NCBI GenBank assembly: GCA_964035545.1
Contig: OZ037768.1
Span: 7,100,741-7,164,740, forward strand
DNA length: 64,000 bases
DNA from: Bugula neritina
Taxonomy: Eukaryota > Animalia > Bryozoa
Direction of reading: 5' to 3'
Shown here in pieces: positions 14,401 to 26,400 of the stretch. The notes below the pieces were generated by a model, which ran no database searches, was not told where the DNA came from, and saw nothing but the letters and a program-made list of their open reading frames with translations. The position numbers and the translations under genes are program-made. Positions within the stretch are counted from its first letter, which is position 1. Every line of letters starts with the position of its first letter.

Positions 14401-17400
14401 CTAACAATACCAGTACAAGTTGCGGGTTTCCCTGTTCCAACTGTGGAGTGGACTTTCTCTGGCAAACCAGTGAATGAGTCATACGTCAGCACCGACAGCA
14501 CCTCTACTAATCTGTCGATCAAACATCTTGAGCCTCAACATAATGGAGTTTTCAGCGTTAAAGCATCTAATGTGGCAGGAGAGACAACTGCTGAGTTTGA
14601 AATAATATTGAATGGTTAGTTTTGTTGAAGTATAAAGTATTGTAAGGGATTTGCTGTGATATCAAAATTTTTAGAATTTTTTTGTGATTTTTCTTTATAT
14701 TTTCGCTACTCTATAATAGCTGTGTTGTATGGAGGTATTCTCTCTAATAGTACGCGGTCTATCACTCCTATTTTTATTCTCAGAGACATTGTGAACAGGT
14801 TGAGGCATTGCTTGGTTTACTACTTTATTCCATATTCCATTGCTTGATTTTGGTAGCATTTTTAACTTTACTTAAAAATGCTGTAACTATTTACTAAATT
14901 TTTCTTTAGACAAGCCAGCACCACCTCAGAATCTGGTAGTAACCTCTTTCACAAAAGACTCCATTTCCATCTCATGGACAGCACCTACCTCTGATGGTGG
15001 GTCGCCTTTGACTTCTTATATAGTTGAAAGACGTGATGTGAAAAAGAACACATGGATGACTGCCGGCACCGTTAAACCCGATACTTTAGAGTTTACAGTC
15101 ACCAAGTTGATTGAAGGAAATGATTACATCATCAGAGTGTTTGCTGAGAATGCTGTTGGGGCCAGCGAGCCTGCTGAGACTGAGCCCACTACAGCTAAAG
15201 TACCATTTGGTAAGTATCATCTAGTATTATAGAATTTCAAATACGTTTATTTATATCAACAATCATCAACATATGGGATACACTTGTTTTTTGTATAAAT
15301 TTGCTTGTCATATAGGCCTGTGTATATAACCTTTACTTGAGATAGTTTTGTAATCATTTTTTATGAAGCCTTGCCATTTCTTGTAGACAAGCCAAGTGCA
15401 CCTAAAGACCTGACTGTCACAGACGTTACTGGGTCAGCGGCTGTTTTAAGCTGGAGTCCTCCTGACTCAGATGGAGGCTCTCCTGTATTCAACTATGTGG
15501 TGGAGAAGAGTACGACTACCAGCGGCCGGTGGGTGAGAGCCAGCAAGTCTACGATCCCTGACACTGAAGTTACTCTTTCTGATTTAATCGAAGGAGCCAA
15601 CTATGGATTCAGAGTTTCTGCTGAAAACGAGGCTGGTGTGGGACCACCATGTAAACCAATTGGCCCTGTTGAAATTAAAGAGCCTACAGGTTTGCAAACT
15701 TGTATATTTAAAATATACTCACGGCGTTTCTACTTTTTTGTTGCTATAAAGGCTCAAATATGGTAATTATAATAATATTATTATAGCATTGAAATAATAT
15801 AATAAAAATAAATAAAGTAAACTTATATTTCAAACCCCACTGTATTCATCTTTAGAGTCAATTGTTTCTAGTGATGTTACTAGCCCTAAGGATATTATAT
15901 TAAAACTATGGTATTAATTCAACATTTTCATTATTACTATATCGATAGTATTAAAATGTGTTTTATATTTTTAGTGGCTGTGACGTTTATAACACCGCTA
16001 ACTGACATTGACTGCAAGGAAGAAGAAACTGTAACTTTCACCTGTGAAATCAACAAAGAAGGCTGCACATCAGAATGGAGAAAAGATGGTGAGCCTCTTG
16101 CTGCCGAGCCTCGGTTTGAGACTAAAGTCAGCGGTACTGAGCATTCTCTGACCATCTGTGACGTGACCCTGGATGACGAAGCTGACTATACTGTAGTTAT
16201 TGAAGATACCACTTCTACTGGCGGTCTTTTTGTTGAAGAGGACATAGTGGAGATTGTTTCACCCCTACAGGATGTGATCCTTAGTCAGGTGCCACGTGAC
16301 GTTGTGTTCACCTGTACAGCTAACAAAGGCAGCTGTCATCACAAGTGGATAGTAAACGGCAAGCCACTGCCTGAAGACAATCGATTCACTGCAACCACTG
16401 AAGGCAACAAATATATTTTAACCATCAAGGATGCTACTGAGAAAGATGATGGGGAATACACGATCGTCATAAAGGGGCGCAAATCCTCTGCTGAGCTTAT
16501 TGTAGAAATTCCTCCTCAAATTAAGTTTGACAAGAAATACGCATCACAAGTGGTGCTCAAGGCCGGGCAGATGACTATCTTTGAAGTACCATTCAGTGGT
16601 TGGCCAGTGCCAGTTGTCACATGGATGTTCAATGGGGCACCCTTAGTTACAGACAAGCGTGTTTACGAGGAAACTATTTCTGGTATCAGTTGCATTCATG
16701 TAAAGAACTCGAAACGCACAGACACCGGAATCTATTCGGTCGAGATTGCCAATGACCTTGGCACCGTGTCAGCTGATATTGATCTGTTAGTAGTTGACAA
16801 ACCGCAGCCTCCTTGTAACTTTACTGTAGTGAGTGTGGATGAGAACTCAGTAACGCTGTCGTGGGATGCGCCCAGTGATGATGGCGGACGACCAATATCC
16901 GGATATGTCGTAGAGAAGCGAGATGTTAACAGACGTACATGGGTGCCGGTTGGTGAATGCTCGGATACTACTTTGACTGTAGGGGATTTGATTGAAGGGC
17001 AGAGCTACATGTTCCTTGTGAAGGCTGTCAATGAAGTTGGCCAGAGTGAGCCTGTAGAGACAGAACAGCCTGTTAAACCAATAAGTTCCCACAGTAAGAG
17101 CTATTTTCAGTTATTTTCAGTAATACTTGATTTAATTTCAATATCCTAATTAATTAAAAAGTTTCAGGTTTACATTTCTTGCAGAGTAAATGTGACACAA
17201 AAAAATAGCATAAATATGGCATGTAATGCAATGTTTATGTTTCAATTTAGTGTATCATTTCTATGAAAAAAACTTGTTATAGATTATTTAGTAAAGTTGG
17301 TCATTTTTCTAATCACTACTTGTTTTAAATTTTAGCTGTACCGGATTCACCACAGTCCTTGACCGCAGATGATATAACTCCAACAGACGTTACTCTCACT

Positions 17401-20400
17401 TGGTCACCGCCCACCAATGATGGTGGTGCACCGGTAGAAGGTTATCACGTGGAGAGATGCAGTGACAGCAGTGGCCGATGGGTGCGGCAAACTCGCTCAC
17501 CTGTTACTGAGACAGTGTACCATACTGACAATCTCATGGAGGGAACAGAGTACGCATACCGTGTTGTGGCTGTGAATAGACGAGGGGAGAGTGTTCCTGG
17601 TCAGCCATGTGAGCCGTTCATTGCAAAGAATCCCTATGGTATATAGCTTTAAACTACTAGATTATTAGTTACTACTATAATTTATTTGTATGAATTATTC
17701 TTTTTTGTCATTTCTTTTTGACTAATTCTCAAGCTACTAGTTTCAATAGCTTCAGTGTTTTATTCACTAATGAAAAGCTGTGTACGCATAAAATAGACAG
17801 CTAAATAGGCTAAAACAGGGTATTTTTTTCTAAAAATCTGTATGATATGAGTTGTTATGCTTAATTATGTAATATTTGGTTCCTATTTTTTACAATGTAT
17901 GTGTATCTAGAAATTATTTTGTTTAATTCATAGATGCACCTGGTGCTCCTGATGCTCCAGTCATCTCTGATGTCACAGACACCACTATGAAGGTATCTTG
18001 GCAACCACCAAGTAATGATGGGGGATCACCAGTCATAGAATACTTCTTGGAGCAGAAAATCTCGAGTGACTTCAGATGGTCTCCAGTTACAACTAGTCAG
18101 ATTATTGAGACAAACTTTGTAGTAGACAAACTAAGAACTGGTAAAGAGTACAGCTTTAGAGTAGCTGCAGCCAACAAAGCCGGAACTGGTAAATGGTCAA
18201 CTCCCTCAGAAGATGTGCTGTGTAAAGCACCTATTGGTATGTCGAATTTTTATGTGCTTGTGATTCATATTATTGAAAGTCAGCAAAGCGTAAATACAGG
18301 CTCTAATGTAATGGTTTATTTTATAAACTTTTTACTAAATTAATGTTGATTATCATTTGCAAATTAAAATAATACTACAGACATGAAGGGTGTGATTTTG
18401 TTTTACTCATAGTTGTAAATTCAAGTTGTTTTTATTTTACAGTTGGAAACGCTCCTGAGTTACTGGAAGGACTTGAAGACCTGAAAGTCGTTGCTCCTGA
18501 GGCTATTGAGTTTTTCTGTGATGTGGATCTTGGCTCGCCGAAAGCAACCATAACCTGGTTTAAGAATGACAAGCCATTGACATCTAGTGAAAAATATGAT
18601 ATATACTATGAGGAGAAGAATGAGTCAGCTATACTCTCGGTTATTGACACGACGCTTGAGGACGCGGGATTATACAAAGTAGTAGTTGCTAATGACCTTG
18701 GACAGGTGACCTCTGAAGGGACACTAACTGTTCATACTAAGCCAACTATTTCTGCTGACTCTTCTTCTAAAGTTTCATCTACACAGAAAGTAGGCTCTGT
18801 GTACACTTGCACTGCCAACATCACAGGATATCCAACACCTACAGTCACTTGGCTGCACAATGATGTGGCACTCAGTGGAGCTCTGGTTAATGTCGACACC
18901 ACAGACAGCTTTTCCTGTTTTAAGTGGAAAGACCTCACCATGGAGTCTGCAGGAACTCTCGTAGCTACGGTTTCTAACGAAGCTGGTTCTGCTTTGACGA
19001 CATTCAATTTAGAGATCATTGATAAACCTTCTCCTCCAGAAAGCCTGGAAGTCAAAAGTGTGACCAAGGATTCAGTTGATGTATGCTGGTCTGCTCCACT
19101 TTCTAATGGCGGAAGTGAAATTACGTCGTACATAGTAGAGAGAATGGATGTAAAGAGAGGCAACTGGGTATCAGTTGGTACAGTTAGACCAGATGTTACA
19201 GAGTTTACGGTATCTAAACTTACTTGTGGAAATGAGTATCTGATTCGAGTGTTTGCAGAGAACGAAGTGAATGCCAGTGAGCCTGCTGTGTTGGTAAACC
19301 CTGTTGTACCAAAGAATCCCTTCAGTGAACCGGGACCACCTCAGAACTTGGCTTGCAAAGACATCACTCCTTCTAGCTGCACGATTGTTTGGGCAAAGCC
19401 GTTGTCTGATGGAAATTCTCCTATAACTGGGTACACAGTTGAAAGGAAGTCTCAGTATAATACCAGGTGGACCAAAATTAACAAAGCGCCTGTACAAGAT
19501 CTGGAATTAGAGATTGGAGATTTGGTTGAAGGAACAGATTACGAATTCCGAGTATTTGCGGAGAATGAAGCTGGTGCTAGCGTACCCAGCAAGGCTATTG
19601 GACCTATCACTGCTCAGGAGCCCAGAGGTAATCAGTCACATGTGCAGCATTTTAAATTAATTAATAGTTTTTTAGGTTTAAACTCAATGTTAATTATTTT
19701 TCTCTTTATTTTAATAATTTTTTTTCTGTTTTTTGTAGTGCCGCTAGTATTTGTGAAAGAACTCATTGATCTAGTGGTGGAAGATGAAACGACCGCAATA
19801 TTTGAGTGTGAAGTCAATAAGCCAAACATTTCTGCTCATTGGAATAAAAATGGCACTCGAATTCAACAATCAGAGAAATACTCATTTACTGTAGATGGAA
19901 CAAAACATCGACTAGAAATAAAAGACTGCAGCAAATTTGACGCTGGTACTATTGAGGTAGAACTGGAAGATGTAAAATCAGCTGCTTCACTTGTTGTGGA
20001 AATGGTGACCGTTGAGCTTACAAAACCGCTAGAAAATATTGCTAGTGAAGAGATGCCAAAGACTGTCAAATTCATTTGTGAATTCTCAAAAGCAGATTTG
20101 CCGGCTAAATGGTACAAAGATGGAAAGCTTTTGGAATCGGACAAGAAATACAAAATGGCTACAACGGGTACAGAATACTGTTTAGAAATCAAGAATGCAT
20201 CTGCAGAAGACGAAGGCTTATATTCTGCATCTGTGAAAGGAGCATCAACTGAAGCTTGTCTAAAATTCCTCATCAGACCTTCATTGAAACTTGCGAAGAA
20301 ATACGAAGAAGTGGTCGTCGTCAAAGCCGGTCAGTCTACAGTCTTTGAAATTCCTTTTATTGGATATCCAGAACCAACAATAATTTGGCATTACAAAGGA

Positions 20401-23400
20401 GCCGAGCTGCTTAAATCCAGACGCGTTGAAGTAGAATCTCGTCCTGGACTTACACTTCTCAAGATAAAACAATGTGAAAGAACAGATGGCGGGACTTACT
20501 CGTGCTCTGCTTCCAATGAAGTCTGTGATGTGTCTGCTGATATAACTCTTGATGTCTTAGACAGACCGTCGCCACCTGAGAACTTCACAGTCACCGACAC
20601 AAATGAAGAATCAGTAACTCTAGAATGGGATAAACCTACAGATGATGGTGGAAGTGAGATTACCCACTATATTGTAGAGAAAAAGGAAGTTGCTAAGCGA
20701 TCATATGCTCAAGTAGCGAAATGTGTTGAGCAAACAGCTACTGTGGATGGTTTAAGAGAAGGGCACAAATATATGTTTCAAGTCTCGGCTGTCAATGATA
20801 TTGGAAAGAGTGAGCCTACTGAGCTGGCTAGTGCTGCTGTACCAACCAGCAAGTTTGGTAAGTTAGCTATTAATTTCTTGACTAACTCAAAAGCTTGAGT
20901 TCTCATTAATTCTTCAATTACAAGGTGCTAAGCATTGTTCATTATGAGCTAATTACTAACATTTATCTTCACAATATATATATATTTAATGAACTACGAG
21001 CTCAAATGTTGATGACTCACAATCATTAATTTAAAGCAATCTCATGTTCTGTGTTTTAGTTGTGCCAGATAAACCCAGAGATGTTGAGGTTTCAGATGTA
21101 ACTAAGACGTCTGGTGTAGTTACATGGCAAGCTCCGGCACAGGATGGTGGTACACCAATCACAGGCTATTACTTGGAACGATGCACAAAGAGTAGTGAGA
21201 GATGGGTTCGGCAAAACAAAGACTTGATCTCAGAAACCAGCTATAACTCTGATAATCTGATGGAAGGAACCACCTACATGTTCAGAGTAGTCGCTGTAAA
21301 CAAAAGAGGAGAGAGTTTAGCTAGTGATGCTTCTACACCTGTAACAGCCAAAGATCCTTTTGGTCAGCACTATAGTTTGTCTTACTTCAGAAAATTTATT
21401 TTAAAAATGTTAAAGCTGAAAATTTTTATTTGAAATACTAAAACGATAAACAATTTGGAGTGTTTGTAGTTATATGAAGAAATGCCTTTCGCTTTAATAA
21501 TAGTCACTGTCTAAGTTTTGCTTAAAATATTGTTTATTGTAGACATACCTGTTATGGAAAATTATATGCATATGTAATATTTTATAAAATGTACATGTAT
21601 TCAGAAATTATATTTGTTACTTTATAGATGCACCTGGTGCTCCTGATGCTCCAGTCATCTCTAATGTTACCAACACCACTATGAAGGTATCTTGGCAACC
21701 ACCAAATAATGATGGAGGATCACCAGTCATAGAATACTTCTTGGAGCAGAAAATCTCGAGTGACTTCAGATGGTCTCCAGTTACAACCAGTCAGATTATT
21801 GAGACAAACTTTGTGGTAGACAAACTAAGAACTGGTAAAGAGTACAGCTTTAGAGTAGCTGCGGCTAACAAAGCTGGAACTGGCAAATGGTCAGAACCAT
21901 CTAAAGATGTTCTGTGTAAAGCTCCAGTTGTCGGAAAGCCACCTAAACTAGAAGCAACAATGAATGATTTCACGGTCGTCATGCCTGAAATTGCTCAAAT
22001 GGCTTGTAAAGTCAGACTTGGCTCTCCACCTGCGGAACCCATGTGGTACAAAGATGACCATGAGCTTACCAGAAAGCGTTTTGAAACCAAATATCAGTAT
22101 GGTTCTGCTATCCTATCTCTTAAAGACACAGAGCTCAAAGATGCTGGAAGATATAAGTTAGTTGCCAAAAATCCTCTTGGAGAAGTTAAAACAGAATGCA
22201 ACTTGACGATTCATCAGAAACCAGAGTTTATTCTTGAAGACTCTGCAAAGAAAGAGCTGACAATCAAAGCTAACAGTTCTTTCAACTTGGAAAGCAGCTT
22301 TTGCGGCATGCCTATTCCTAAAGTTGATTGGTTCTTCAATGGCGAACCTCTCAATATGGAAGATATCAAAACTGACGTCTCCTCAGACTTCACCGTATTA
22401 TCTGCTAAGAGATTCCCTGTACAAGGAGCAGGTGTTTACAGATGTGAGATCAGCAACTGTGTAGGATCAGATAGTGTGGAGTACACTGTAGCTGTAGTAG
22501 GTGCGCCATCAGCTCCCCAAGATCTGCAGGTAACATCTGTTTCTAAAGACAGCATCTCCGTTGAATGGAAAGCTCCGGACTCTGATGGTGGTTCACCAAT
22601 TATTGCTTATAATCTTGAAAGAAAGGACATGAAGCGGAACACGTGGCTGGCAGTTGGAAACTGTGGTGCCGAGGTTTTATCGTACACTGTTAAGAAATTA
22701 GCAGAAGGCAGTGAGTACAATATAAGAGTTGCAGCAGAGAACGACATAGGAGTTGGCCCAAGTACAGAACTTAGCCAACCTGTTGTAGCAAAAGATCAGT
22801 TCACTGTTCCTGGTGCTCCACAAAACTTCCAAGTTTCAAACATCACTGCAAGCAGCGCTGATCTTACCTGGTCTAAACCAAAGGAAGATGGTGGGTCACC
22901 CATCATTGGTTACAACATTGAAAGAAAATCACAATTTTCATCACGATGGACAAGGATCAATAAAAGCCCGATTTCCTCGACTAGCATGACAGTATCAGAC
23001 CTCATGGAAAACAGTCAATATGAATTCCGAGTGAGCGCAGTTAATAAAGCTGGAGCTGGTCAGCCGAGTTCAGTGGTAGGACCGATTACTGCAGAAGAGC
23101 CTGTGACTCCAATAGTCTTTACTAGTGCGCTACAAGATGTAACTGTCAAAGAGGATATGCCTGCAACATTTGAATGTGTTGTCAATGAGAAGGATCTAAC
23201 TCCCACGTGGAAGAAAAATGACACAGTATTGAGTTCATCTCCTAAATTTCTGATGTCATCAGAAGGCACCAAGCACACATTGACAGTCTTAGAATGTCAG
23301 GCTAATGATGAGGCTGCGTATGAAATTTCATTCGATAAAGTTTCTTCACAAGCCGTGTTGTCTGTTGAGAAAGAACCTCTTGAGCTTGTAAGACGTCTTC

Positions 23401-26400
23401 AGAATGTGGTGTTAACTGAGTTACCTAAAACTGCCATTTTTGAGTGTGAGATATCTAAACCTGGCCTCAGTATTAAGTGGCTATTCAATGGTGAAGCTAT
23501 TGAGGTTGATGCAAAGAAATATAAAATATCATCTACAGGCAATGTCTACCAACTGCAAGTCAAGAATGCCACTGAAAGTGACATAGGTGAATATTCGATG
23601 CTGGTGAAAGATCTGACTTCTTCTGCTACTCTCTCTGTTCAGCTGAAGCCAACTCTGAAGTTGAACAAGTCTTATGAAGAAACGGTCATTTTGCATGCAG
23701 GTAAATCTACTGTGTTTGAAATTCCGTTTGAAGGTTATCCAAAGCCTGAAGTCATTTGGACACTCGATGGAAAAGACTTACCTCGAAATCGAAGACTTGA
23801 ATTGGAAACAACTGCTGCTATCACCTGTCTACGTATCAAGCAAGCGCAGAAATCCGACAGCGGAGATTACTCGGTTGCTGTCAACAACGAAGTAGGCAGC
23901 GTATCTGCTACTATAGCTTTAGTAGTGCTGGATAAACCTGATCCACCTCAACGACTCTCTGCTAAATGTGCCAATGAGACCAGTGTCAGCTTGAACTGGC
24001 AGCCTCCCCATGATGATGGAGGAAGTCCAGTCACCCATTATATTGTGGAGAAAAGAGAAGCTAGCAAGCGAACCTGGTCACAAGTTGCCAAGGTTACAAA
24101 TGGCACTTCGGTGGATGTCTCGGGACTTGTTGAAGGGCAGAAGTATCTGTTCCAAGTGAAGGCTGTCAACGCTATACAAGAGAGTGAACCCGCTGAGCTG
24201 GACAGTCCTGTGAAGGTCATCAGCTTACACAGTAAGTGACCGCTTGCCATGAGACTGCAGGAAATAATTTTGAATTTAAACTTGGCATTTTTTCATGTTG
24301 AAGCATTTTTTATCAAGTTGCAAAGCAAACATAATTGTGCACATAATCTTTTTTGTCAATTTGCTGCAATCCAGTATTTATGCATGTTTAACGGTTGCAT
24401 CCTTGCGTATTTACAGCTGTACCAGACTGCCCTAAAATGGTGACAGTTAGCGATATATTCGCCACTTCTGCGGTCCTCTCATGGGAAGCTCCTGCATCAG
24501 ATGGAGGATCACCAGTAACAGGATATCTGATTGACCGTGCCACCAACAACAGTGGTAAATGGATCCGTGTGACAAGAAATGAAATAAAGGAGCTGACAAA
24601 AGAACTCAGTGACTTGTCTGAAGGCACAGTGTACGAGTATAGAGTAGTTGCTGTCAACAAGATTGGTGAAAGTGAACCTAGTCAACCATGTGATGCCTTT
24701 ACGGCTAAAAATCCTTATGGTAGGAATTCCTTGTATCTCTACAGCACATACTGCTAGTTTTCCTAGTATATATTCATACAGGTTATTCTTCTTTCGTCAT
24801 TATACAACACTATGTGTATGGTTTTTTATTATATTAGTATTGCTGTAGCTTTGTATTTCTATAATTTTAGTTTTGGTTTGCTTGTTAAACTAAACTTCTC
24901 ACTGCCTAGCTGTAGTTGCTAGTGTTTTGTTTATCCAATAGCAGTTTTTGTGAAATATTAGCATCATTATGAAGAGTAAGCACCATGTTGTAGATGTGCC
25001 AGGCAAGCCCGGTACGCCACTGCCTTCCAATGTGAAGGACACATCTGTCACTCTGTCGTGGAAAGCACCGGCTTCAGACGGTGGATCACCTATCACTAAC
25101 TACAGAATAGAAATGAAGTCATCTGAGGTATACAGGTGGACAGAGGTGACGGCAGATAAGATACTGGATACAGAATATACCGTCACGAAGCTCAAGACTA
25201 GTGACAAGTATGAGTTTAGAGTAATAGCTGAAAACAAGGCTGGCCAAGGAAAGCCCAGTGACTCTTGTAAACCCGTCAAAGCTGAAACTCCTATTGGTAA
25301 GCTATTCATTTGTACAATTTTATAGTGACCGATAGTTTAATAGTTTATTATATGAATAATTTATAACATTCTTTTAGAAATTTCTGGTTTAGTTCCTAAG
25401 GATTTTCATTTCAGCTCTTTTATTGTCAGATTATAATTAGGGATAAACATGTATACTTCAAGTAAAACATCATAATTGGGGTCTTCTTTTGTATTCATAG
25501 GAACTAGTTTAGTTTATACACAGTTTATTCAGGCATATTCGAGATTGTTTGTGTCATATGCTTATTAATTTCAAAATTTAAACTGTAGTTGGATCTGCAC
25601 CTGAGATGCTGAGGAAGTTGAAACCCATCAACGCTCTCACGGGAGAAATAGTAGAGTTTATCTGCGAAGTTGACCTTGGCACTCCAATCTCCGATGTGAC
25701 ATGGGAACGGCAAGGGCGCACGATACGGCCCAATAACAGAGTGACATCATCAGTGACTGATAAGAAGCTGAAGCTGTCCATAGATAACTGTAGCATAGAA
25801 GATGCCGGAACTTATTCTGTGAGAGTATCTAATAAACTGGGCACAGTTGAAAGTGAAGCTGCACTGTCAGTCAACAGTAAGTATTTCTGTTATAATAGTT
25901 CGATTTTGCTTAGCTTCAATACATCTTTTTAAAGCTAATATTTTTATTGTTATTTTTAAAGTTTTAGCTGTTATAAATTTTCTGCCACCTAAAACTTGTC
26001 ATATAATTCATCCATTACATTTAGCATAAACATATCCATGTGCACTAAAAAATAAATTCCTTCATATAAGACAGAAAGCATGCAATATAAATATTCTATG
26101 TGAATTGGAATTATTATATTCTTTTGTTATTGAGATTTTGTTCTTCCCATATTGGGTAATATTTTTACTGTGTGAAAAAACTGTATTTTAATAAAAAAGG
26201 TTAGTAAGTTTTAAGTCTTCTAATAACACAGAAAGTGCTGAATAGCAGGGAATATTTGAATTCTAGCAGCACACACTATTCTAGATACCTGTAGTAGTCA
26301 TATATTACTAACTGGTAGAGCAGCATTAGTAGTTTGTAGATGTAGACAGATGTAAATGTTTTAATGCGAATTGTTTTAGGTGTTCCTATTTTACGCTACG

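Noticed and set aside
18523-20898. 791-aa ORF as a stand-alone transmembrane receptor or cell-adhesion molecule
   Set aside because: The hydrophobic stretch lies in a canonical GT-AG intron (19628-19738) at a domain boundary; the domains are of the intracellular titin type and there is no signal peptide.
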